This document shows positions 1-11,849 of a stretch of DNA of 64,000 nucleotides, one piece after another (the stretch's first letter is position 1; every line of letters starts with the position of its first letter). The translations under genes and the position numbers were made by a program. The DNA is taken from contig OZ024741.1 in the NCBI GenBank assembly GCA_964016885.1, positions 403,434,001-403,498,000 on the forward strand, written 5' to 3'. Source of the DNA: Eledone cirrhosa (Eukaryota). The notes beneath the pieces are model-generated. The model worked only from the letters and a program-made list of their open reading frames with translations. It searched no databases and was not told the origin of the DNA.

Positions 1-1849
1 TAGGGACTACTATCTTTAACCCAGGTAGTGACTACTACCTTTAACCCAGGTAGTGACTACTATCTTTAACCCAGGTAGGGACTACTATCTTTAACCCAGG
101 TAGGGACTACTATCTTTAACCCAAGTAGGGACTACTATCTTTAACCCAGGTAGGGACTACTATCTTTAACCCAGGTAGGGACTACTACCTTTAACCCAGG
201 TATCGACTACTATCTTTAACCCAGGTAGGGACTACTATCTTTAACCCAGGTAGGGACTACTATCTTTAACCCAGGTAGGGACTACTACCTTTAACCCAGG
301 TAGTGACTACTATCTTTAACCCAAGTAGTGACTACTATCTTTAACCCAAGTAGGGACTACTATCTTTAACCCAGGTAGGGACTACTACCTTTAACCCAGG
401 TATCGACTACTATCTTTAACCCAGGTAGGGACTACTATCTTTAACCCAGGTAGGGACTACTATCTTTAACCCAGGTAGGGACTACTACCTTTAACCCAGG
501 TAGTGACTACTATCTTTAACCCAGGTAGGGACTTCTATCTTTAACCCAGGTAGGGACTACTATCTTTAACCCAGATAGGGACTACTATCTTTAACCCAGG
601 TAGGGACTACTACCTTTAACCCAGGTAGTGACTACTATCTTTAACCCAGGTAGGGACTACTATCTTTAACCCAGGTAGGGACTACTATCTTTAACCCAGG
701 TATCGACTACTATCTTTAACCCAGGTATCGACTACTATCTTTAACCCAGGTAGGGACTACTACCTTTAACCCAGGTAGTGACTACTATCTTTAAACCAGG
801 TAGGGACTACTATCTTTAACCCAGGTAGTGACTACTACCTTTAACCCAGGTATCGACTACTATCTTTAACCCAGGTAGGGACTACTATCTTTAACCAAGG
901 TAGGGACTTCTATCTTTAACCCAGGTAGTGACTACTATCTTTAACCCAGGTAGGGACTACTATCTTTAACCCAGGTAGGGACTTCTATCTTTAACCCAGG
1001 TAGGGACTTCTATCTTTAACCCAGGTAGGGACTATCTTTAACCCAGGTAGGGACTACTATCTTTAACCCAAGTAGTGACTACTACCTTTAACCCAGGTAG
1101 TGACTACTATCTTTAACCCAGGTAGGGACTTCTATCTTTAACCCAGGTAGGGACTTCTATCTTTAACCCAGGTAGGGACTACTATCTTTAACCCAAGTAG
1201 TGACTACTACCTTTAACCCAGGTAGTGACTACTATCTTTAACCCAGGTAGGGACTACTATCTTTAACCCAGGTAGGGACTACTATCTTTAACCCAGGTAG
1301 GGACTACTACCTTTAACCCAGGTATCGACTACTATCTTTAACCCAGGTAGGGACTACTATCTTTAACCCAGGTAGTGACTACTATCTTTAACCCAGGTAG
1401 GGACTACTACCTTTAACCCAGGTATCGACTACTATCTTTAACCCAGGTAGGGACTACTATCTTTAACCCAGGTAGGGACTACTATCTTTAACCCAGGTAG
1501 GGACTTCTATCTTTAACCCAGGTAGGGACTTCTATCTTTAACCCAGGTAGGGACTATCTTTAACCCAGGTAGGGACTACTATCTTTAACCCAAGTAGTGA
1601 CTACTACCTTTAACCCAGGTAGTGACTACTATCTTTAACCCAGGTAGGGACTTCTATCTTTAACCCAGGTAGGGACTTCTATCTTTAACCCAGGTAGGGA
1701 CTACTATCTTTAACCCAAGTAGTGACTACTACCTTTAACCCAGGTAGTGACTACTATCTTTAACCCAGGTAGGGACTACTATCTTTAACCCAGGTAGGGA
1801 CTTCTATCTTTAACCCAGGTAGGGACTTCTATCTTTAACCCAGGTAGGG

Positions 1850-2850
1850 ACTATCTTTAACCCAGGTAGGGACTACTATCTTTAACCCAGGTAGGGACTA
1901 CTATCTTTAACCCAGGTAGTGACTACTATCTTTAACCCAAGTAGTGACTACTATCTTTAACCCAGGTAGGGACTACTATCTTTAACCCAGGTAGTGACTA
2001 CTATCTTTAACCCAGGTAGTGACTACTATCTTTAACCCAAGTAGGGACTACTAGCTTTAACCCAGGTAGGGACTACTATCTTTATCCCAGGTAGTGACTA
2101 CTATCTTTAACCCAGGTAGGGACTTCTATCTTTAACCCAGGTAGTGAGTACTATCTTTAACCCAGGTAGGGACTACTATCTTTAACCCAAGTAGGGACTA
2201 ATATCTTTAACCCAGGTAGTGACTACTATCTTTAACCCAGGTAGTGACTGCTATCTTTAACCCAGGTAGGGACTACTATCTTTAACCCAGGTAGGGACTT
2301 CTATCTTTAACCCAGGTAGGGACTTCTATCTTTAACCCAGGTAGGGACTATCTTTAACCCAGGTAGGGACTACTATCTTTAACCCAGGTAGTGACTACTA
2401 TCTTTAACCCAAGTAGTGACTACTATCTTTAACCCAGGTAGGGACTACTATCTTTAACCCAGGTAGTGACTACTATCTTTAACCCAGGTAGTGACTACTA
2501 TCTTTAACCCAAGTAGTGACTACTATCTTTAACCCAGGTAGGGACTACTATCTTTAACCCAGGTAGTGACTACTATCTTTAACCCAGGTAGTGACTACTA
2601 TCTTTAACCCAAGTAGGGACTACTAGCTTTAACCCAGGTAGGGACTACTATCTTTATCCCAGGTAGTGACTACTATCTTTAACCCAGGTAGGGACTTCTA
2701 TCTTTAACCCAGGTAGTGAGTACTATCTTTAACCCAGGTAGGGACTACTATCTTTAACCCAAGTAGGGACTAATATCTTTAACCCAGGTAGTGACTACTA
2801 TCTTTAACCCAGGTAGTGACTGCTATCTTTAACACAGGTAGTGACTACTA
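1850..2850. repeat. 572-bp (23-monomer) higher-order doublet, first of six copies in the window
   Basis: The ordered rare-variant series CTAGC, TTTATCCC, GAGTAC, ACTAATA, ACTGCTA occurs with CTAGC at 2051 and 2623. The 572-bp spacing equals 22x25+22. Confidence 0.9.
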
Positions 2851-5800
2851 TCTTTAACCCAGGTAGTGACTACTATCTTTAACCCAGGTAGGGACTACTA
2901 TCTTTAACCCAGGTAGGGACTACTATCTTTAACCCAGGTAGTGACTACTATCTTTAACCCAGGTAGGGACTACTATCTTTAACCCAGGTAGGGACTACCA
3001 TCTTTAACCCAGGTAGGGACTACTATCTTTAACCCAGGTAGGGACTACTATCTTTAACCCAGGTATGGACTACTATCTTTAACCCAGGTAGGGACTACTA
3101 TCTTTAACCCAGGTAGTGACTACTATCTTTAACCCAGGTAGGGACTACTATCTTTAACCCAGGTAGGGACTACTATCTTTAACCCAGGTAGTGACTACTA
3201 TCTTTAACCCAGGTAGGGACCACTATTTTTAACCCAGGTAGTGACTACTATCTTTAACCCAGGTAGGGACTACTATCTTTAACCCAGGTAGGGACTACTA
3301 TCTTTAACCCAGGTAGGGACTACTATCTTTAACCCAGGTATGGACTACTATCTTTAACCCAGGTAGGGACTACTATCTTTAACCCAGGTAGTGACTACTA
3401 TCTTTAACCCAGGTAGGGACTACTATCTTTAACCCAGGTATGGACTACTATCTTTAACCCAGGTAGGGACTACTATCTTTAACCCCGGTAGTGACTTCTA
3501 TCTTTAACCCAGGTAGTGACTATCTTTAACCCAGGTAGGGACTACTATCTTTAACCCAGGTAGTGACTTCTATCTTTAACCCAGGTAGTGACTATCTTTA
3601 ACCCAGGTAGGGACTATTATCTTTAACCCAGGTAGTGACTACTATCTTTAACCCAGGTATGGACTACTACCTTTAACCCAGGTAGTGACTACTATCTTTA
3701 ACCCAGGTAGGGACTACTATCTTTAACCCAGGTAGGGACTACTATCTTTAACCCAGGTAGTGACTACTATCTTTAACCCAGGTAGGGACTATCTTTAACC
3801 CAGGTAGTGACTACTATCCTTAACCCAGGTAGTGACTACTATCTTTAACCCAGGTAGTGACTACTATCTTTAACCCAGGTAGGGACTATCTTTAACCCAG
3901 GTAGTGACTACTATCTTTAACCCAGGTAGGGACTACTATCTTTAACCCAGGTAGTGACTACTATCTTTAACCCAGGTAGGGACTACTATATTTCACCCAG
4001 GTAGTGACTACTATCTTTAACCCAGGTAGGGACTACTATCTTTAACCCAGGTAGTGACTACTATATTTCACCCAGGTAGTGACTACTATCTTTAACCCAG
4101 GTAGTGACTACTATCTTTAACCCAGGTAGTGGCTACTATCTTTAACCCAGGTAGTGACTACTATCTTTAACCCAGGTAGGGACTACTATATTTCACCCAG
4201 GTAGTGACTACTATCTTTAACCCAGGTAGGGACTACTATCTTTAACCCAGGTAGTGGCTACTATCTTTAACCCAAGTAGGGACTACTATCTTTAACCCAG
4301 GTAGTGACTACTATCTTTAACCCAGGTAGTGACTACTATCTTTAACCCAGGTAGTGACTACTATCTTTAACCCAGGTAGGGACTACTATCTTAAACCCTG
4401 GTAGTGACTACTATCTTTAACCCAGGTAGTGACTACTATCTTTAACCCAGGTAGGGAATACTATCTTTAACGCAGGTAGGGACTACTATCTTTAACCCAG
4501 GTAGGGACTTCTATCTTTAACCCAGGTAGGGACTATCTTTAACCCAGGTAGTGACTACAATCTTTAACCCAAGTAGGGACTACTATCTTTAACCCAGGTA
4601 GTGACTACTATCTTTAACCCAGGTAGTGACTGTCTTTAACCCAGGTAGTGACTACTATCTTTAACCCAGGGTAGTGACTACTATCTTTAACCCAGGTAGG
4701 GACTACTATCTTTAACCCAGGTAGTGACTACTATCTTTAACCCAGGTAGTGACTACTATCTTTAACCCAGGGTAGTGACTACTATCTTTAACCCAGGTAG
4801 TGACTACTATCTTTAACCCAGGTAGTGACTACTATCTTTAACCCAGGTAGGGACTACTATCTTTAACCCAGGTAGTGACTACTATCTTTAACCCAGGTAG
4901 TGACTATCTTTAACCCAGGTAGGGACTACTATCTTTAACCCAGGTAGGGACTACTATCTTTAACCCAGGTAGGGACTATCTTTAACCCAGGTAGTGACTA
5001 CTATCTTTAACCCAGGGTAGTGACTTCTATCTTTAACCCAGGTAGTGACTACTATCTTTAACCCAGGTAGGGACTACTATCTTTAACCCAGGTAGGGACT
5101 ACTATCTTTAACCCTGGTAGTGACTACTATCTTTAACCCAGGTAGGGACTACTATCTTTAACCCAGGTAGGGACTACTATCTTTAACCCAGGTAGGGACT
5201 ACTATCTTTAACCCAGGTAGTGACTACTATCTTTAACCCAGGTAGGGACTACTATCTTTAACTCTGGTAGTGACTACTATCTTTAACCCAGGTAGTGACT
5301 ATCTTTAACCCAGGTAGTGACTACTATCTTTAACCCAAGTAGTGACTACTATCTTTAACCCAGGTAGGGTCTACTATCTTTAACCCAGGTAGTGACTACT
5401 ATATTTAACCCTGGTAGTGACTACTATCTTTAACCCAGGTAGTGACTACTATCTTTAACCCAGGTAGTGACTATCTTTAACCCAGGTAGGGACTACTATC
5501 TTTAACCCTGGTAGTGACTACTATCTTTAACCCAGGTAGTGACTACTATCTTTAACCCAGGTAGTGACTACTATCTTTAACCCAGGTAGGGACTACTATC
5601 TTTAACCCAGGTAGGGTCTACTATCTTTAACCCAGGTAGGGACTACTATCTTTAACCCAGGTAGGAACTACTATCTTTAACCCAGGTAGTGACTACTATC
5701 TTTAACCCAGGTAGTGACTACTATCTTTAACCCAGGTAGTGACTACTATCTTTAACCCAGGTAGGGACTACTATCTTTAACCCAGGTAGGGACTACTATC

Positions 5801-5963
5801 TTTAACCCAGGTAGTAACTACTATCTTTAACCCAGGTAGTGACTACTATCTTTAACCCAGGTAGGGACTACTATCTTTAACCCAGGTAGGGACTACTATC
5901 TTTAACCCAGGTAGTGACTACTATCTTTAACCCAGGGTAGTGACTACTATCTTTAAAACAGGG

Positions 5964-8900
5964 TAGTGACTACTATCTTTAACCCAGGTAGTGACTACTA
6001 TCTTTAACCCAGGTAGGGACTACTATCTTTAACCCAGGTAGTGACTACTATCTTTAACCCAGGTATGGACTACTATCTTTAACCCAGGTAGGGACTACTA
6101 TCTTTAACCCAGGTAGGGACTACTATCTTTAACCCAAGTAGTGACTACTATCTTTAACCCAGGAAGGGACTACTATCTTTAACCCAGGTAGGGACTACTA
6201 TCTTTAACCCAGGTAGGGACTACTATCTTTAACCCAGGAAGGGACTACTATCTTTAACCCAAGTAGTGGCTACTACCTTTAACCCAGGTAGTGACTACTA
6301 TCTTTAACCCAAGTAGTGACTACTATCTTTAACCCAGGTAGGGACTACTATCTTTAACCCAGGTAGGGACTACTATCTTTAACCCAGGTAGGGACTACTA
6401 TCTTTAACCCAGGTAGGGACTACTATCTTTAACCCAGGAAGGGACTACTATCTTTAACCCAAGTAGTGGCTACTACCTTTAACCCAGGTAGTGACTACTA
6501 TCTTTAACCCAAGTAGTGACTACTATCTTTAACCCAGGTAGGGACTACTATCTTTAACCCAGGTAGGGACTACTATCTTTAACCCAGGTAGTGGCTACTA
6601 TCTTTAACCCAGGTAGTGACTACTATCTTTAACCCAGGTAGGGACTACTATCTTTAACCCAGGTAGGGACTACTACCTTTAACCCAGGTAGGGACTACTA
6701 CCTTTAACCCAGGTAGTGACCACTATCTTTAACCCAAGTAGTGACTACTATCTTTAACCCAAGTAGTGGCTACTACCTTTAACCCAGGTAGGGACTACTA
6801 TCTTTAACCCAGGTAGTGACTACTATCTTTAACCCTGGTAGTGACTACTATCTTTAACCCAAGTAGTGACTACTATCTTTAACCCAAGTAGTGACTACTA
6901 CCTTTAACCCAAGTAGTGACTACTATCTTTAACCCAGGTAGGGACTACTATCTTTAACCCAGGTAGGGACTACTATCTTTAACCCAGGTAGGGAATACTA
7001 TCTTTAACCCAGGTAGTGACTACTATCTTTAACCCAAGTAGGGACTACTATCTTTAACCCAGGTAGGGACTACTATCTTTAACCCAGGTAGGGAATACTA
7101 TCTTTAACCCAGGTAGGGACTACTATCTTTAACCCAAGTAGGGACTACTATCTTTAACCCAGGTAGGGACTACTATCTTTAACCCCGGTAGGGACAACTA
7201 TCTTTAACCCAAGTAGGGACTACTACCTTTAACCCAGGTAGTGGCTACTATCTTTAACCCAGGTAGTGACTACTATCTTTAACCCAAGTAGGGACTACTA
7301 TCTTTAACCCAGGTAGGGACTACTATCTTTAACCCAGGTAGGGACAACTATCTTTAACCCAAGTAGGGACTACTATCTTTAACCCAGGTAGGGACTACTA
7401 TCTTTAACCCAGGTAGGGACTACTATCTTTAACCCAGGTAGGGACTACTATCTTTAACCCAGGTAGTGGCTACTATCTTTAACCCAGGTAGTGACTACTA
7501 TCTTTAACCCAAGTAGGGACTACTATCTTTAACCCAGGTAGGGACTACTATCTTTAACCCAGGTAGTGGCTACTATCTTTAACCCAGGTAGTGACTACTA
7601 TCTTTAACCCAGGTAGGGACTACTATCTTTAACCCAGGTAGTGACTACTATCTTTAACCCAGGTAGGGACTACTATCTTTAACCCAAGTAGTGACTACTA
7701 TCTTTAACCCAGGTAGTGACTACTATGTTTAACCCAGGTAGGGACTACTATCTTTAACCCAGGTAGTGACTACTATCTTTAACCCAGGTAGGGACTACTA
7801 TCTTTAACCCAAGTAGTGACTACTATCTTTAACCCAGGTAGTGACTACTATCTTTAACCCTGGTAGGGACTACTATCTTTAACCCAGGTAGGGACTACTA
7901 TCTTTAACCCAGGTAGTGACTACTATCTTTAACCCAGGTAGGGACTACTATCTTTAACCCAGGTAGTGGCTACTATCTTTAACCCAGGTAGTGACTACTA
8001 TCTTTAACCCAAGTAGGGACTACTATCTTTAACCCAGGTAGGGACTACTATCTTTAACCTAGGTAGTGGCTACTATCTTTAACCCAGGTAGTGACTACTA
8101 TCTTTAACCCAGGTAGTGGCTACTATCTTTAACCCAGGTAGTGACTACTATCTTTAACCCAGGTAGGGACTACTATCTTTAACCCAGGTAGTGACTACTA
8201 TCTTTAACCCAGGTAGGGACTACTATCTTTAACCCAGGTAGTGACTACTATCTTTAACCCAGGTAGGGACTACTATCTTTAACCCTGGTAGTGACTACTA
8301 TCTTTAACCCAGGTAGTGACTACTATCTTTAACCCAGGTAGGGACTACTATCTTTAACCCAAGTAGTGACTACTATCTTTAACCCAGGTAGTGACTACTA
8401 TCTTTAACCCAGGTAGGGACTACTATCTTTAACCCAGGTAGTGGCTACTATCTTTAACCCAGGTAGTGACTACTATCTTTAACCCAGGTAGTGGCTACTA
8501 TCTTTAACCCAGGTAGTGACTACTATCTTTAACCCAGGTAGGGACTACTATCTTTAACCCAGGTAGTGACTACTATCTTTAACCCAGGTAGGGACTACTA
8601 TCTTTAACCCAGGTAGTGACTACTATCTTTAACCCAGGTAGGGACTACTATCTTTAACCCTGGTAGTGACTACTATCTTTAACCCAGGTAGTGACTACTA
8701 TCTTTAACCCAGGTAGGGACTACTATCTTTAACCCAAGTAGTGACTACTATCTTTAACCCAGGTAGTGACTACTATCTTTAACCCTGGTAGGGACTACTA
8801 TCTTTAACCCAGGTAGGGACTACTATCTTTAACCCAGGTAGTGACTACTATCTTTAACCCAGGTAGGGACTACTATCTTTAACCCAGGTAGTGGCTACTA

Positions 8901-9820
8901 TCTTTAACCCAGGTAGTGACTACTATCTTTAACCCAAGTAGGGACTACTACCTTTAACCCAGGTAGGGACTACTATCTTTAACCCAGGTAGTGGCTACTA
9001 TCTTTAACCCAGGTAGTGACTACTATCTTTAACCCAGGTAGTGGCTACTATCTTTAACCCAGGTAGTGACTACTATCTTTAACCCAGGTAGGGACTACTA
9101 TCTTTAACCCAGGTAGTGACTACTATCTTTAACCCAGGTAGGGACTACTATCTTTAACCCAGGTAGTGACTACTATCTTTAACCCAGGTAGGGACTACTA
9201 TCTTTAACCCTGGTAGTGACTACTATCTTTAACCCAGGTAGTGACTACTATCTTTAACCCAGGTAGGGACTACTATCTTTAACCCAAGTAGTGACTACTA
9301 TCTTTAACCCAGGTAGTGACTACTATCTTTAACCCTGGTAGGGACTACTATCTTTAACCCAGGTAGGGACTACTATCTTTAACCCAGGTAGTGACTACTA
9401 TCTTTAACCCAGGTAGGGACTACTATCTTTAACCCAGGTAGTGGCTACTATCTTTAACCCAGGTAGTGACTACTATCTTTAACCCAAGTAGGGACTACTA
9501 TCTTTAACCCAGGTAGGGACTACTATCTTTAACCCAGGTAGTGGCTACTATCTTTAACCCAGGTAGTGACTACTATCTTTAACCCAGGTAGTGGCTACTA
9601 TCTTTAACCCAGGTAGTGACTACTATCTTTAACCCAGGTAGGGACTACTATCTTTAACCCAGGTAGTGACTACTATCTTTAACCCAGGTAGGGACTACTA
9701 TCTTTAACCCAGGTAGTGACTACTATCTTTAACCCAGGTAGGGACTACTATCTTTAACCCTGGTAGTGACTACTATCTTTAACCCAGGTAGTGACTACTA
9801 TCTTTAACCCAGGTAGGGAC
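5964..9820. repeat. Indel-free sub-array of about 154 exact-length 25-bp monomers with its own variant set
   Basis: The 25-bp phase is unbroken across the interval. It is enriched in GTGGCTAC and CCAAG monomers, and I saw CAGGAAGGG (about 6160-6440) and GGGACAAC (about 7190, 7340) only here. Confidence 0.85.
8420..9820. repeat. 550-bp (22-monomer) local higher-order repeat, about 2.5 copies
   Basis: The T of CCCTGG-TAGT is at 8661, 9211 and 9761, and the T of CCCTGG-TAGG is at 8786 and 9336. All intervals are exactly 550 bp. Confidence 0.85.
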
Positions 9821-11849
9821 TATCTTTAACCCAGGTAGGGACTACTATCTTTAACCCAGGTATCGACTACTATCTTTAACCCAGGTAGTGACTACTATCT
9901 TTAACCCAGGTAGTGACTACTATCTTTAACCCAGGTAGTGACTATCTTTAACCCAGGTAGGGACTACTATCTTTAACCCAGGTAGTGACTTCTATCTTTA
10001 ACCCAGGTAGTGACTATCTTTACCCCAGGTAGGGACTACTATCTTTAACCCAGGTAGGGACTACTACCTTTAACCCAGGTAGTGACTACTACCTTTAACC
10101 CAGGTAGTGACTACTATCTTTAACCCAGGTAGGGACTACTATCTTTAACCCAGGTAGTGACTACTATCTTTAAGCCAGGTAGGGACTACTATCTTTAACC
10201 CAGGTAGTGACTATCTTTAACCCAGATAGGGACTACTATCTTTAACCCAGGTAGGGACTACTATCTTTAACCCAGGTAGGGACTACTATCTTTAACCCAG
10301 GTAGGGACTACTATCTTTAACCCAGGTAGGGACTACTATCTTTAACCCAGGTAGTGACTACTATCTTTAACCCAGGTAGTGAATATCTTTAACCCAGGTA
10401 GGGACTACTATCTTTAACCCAGGTAGTGACTACTATCTTTAACCCAGGTAGTGACTATCTTTAACCCAGGTAGGGACTACTATCTTTAACCCAGGTAGGG
10501 ACTACTATCTTTAACCCAGGTAGTGACTACTATCTTTAACCCAGGTAGGGACTACTATCTTTAACCCAGGTAGGGACTACTATCTTTAACCCAAGTAGTG
10601 ACTACTATCTTTAACCCAGGTAGGGACTACTATCTTTAACCCAGGTAGTGACTACTATCTTTAACCCAGGTAGTGACTACTATCTTTAACCCAGGTAGGG
10701 ACTACTATCTTTAACCCAGGTAGTGACTACTATCTTTAACCCTGGTAGTGACTACTACCTTTAACCCAGGTAGGGACTTCTATCTTTAACCCAGGTAGGG
10801 ACTACTATCTTTAACCCAGGTAGGGACTTCTATCTTTAACCCAGGTAGGGACTACTATATTTAACCCAGGTAGGGACTTCTATCTTTAACCCAGGTAGTG
10901 ACTAGTATCTTTAACCCAGGTAGGGACTACTATCTTCAACCCAGGTAGTGACTACTACCTTTAACCCAGGTAGTGACTATCTTTCACCCAGGTAGTGACT
11001 ACTATCTTTAACCCAGGTAGTGACTACTATCTTTAACCCAGGTAGGGACTACTATCTTTAACCCAGGTAGGGACTACTATCTTCAACCCAGGTAGTGACT
11101 ACTACCTTTAACCCAGGTAGTGACTATCTTTCACCCAGGTAGGGACTACTATCTTTAACCCAGGTAGGGACTACTATCTTTAACCCAGGTAGTGACTACT
11201 ATCTTTAACCCAGGTAGTGACTACTATCTTTAACCAAGGTAGGGACTACTATCTTTAACCCAGGTAGGGACTACTATCTTTAACCCAGGTAGGGACTACT
11301 ATCTTTAACCCTGGTAGTGACTACTATCTTTAACCCAGGTAGTGACTACTATCTTTAACCCAGGTAGGGACTACTATCTTCAACCCAGGTAGTGACTACT
11401 ACCTTTAACCCAGGTAGTGACTATCTTTCACCCAGGTAGTGACTACTATCTTTAACCCAGGTAGGGACTACTATCTTTAACCCAGGTAGGGACTACTATC
11501 TTTAACCCAGGTAGTGACTACTATCTTTAACCCAAGTAGGGACTACTATCTTTAACCCAGGTAGTGACTACTATCTTTAACCAAGGTAGGGACTACTATC
11601 TTTAACCCAGGTAGGGACTACTATCTTTAACCCAGGTAGGGACTACTATCTTTAACCCAGGTAGGGACTACTATCTTTAACCCAGGTAGTGACTACTATC
11701 TTTAACCCAGGTAGTGACTACTATCTTTAACCCAAGTAGGGACTACTATCTTTAACCCAGGTAGTGACTACTATCTTTAACCCAAGTAGGGACTACTATC
11801 TTTAACCCAGGTAGTGACTACTATCTTTAACCCAGGTAGTGACTACTAT

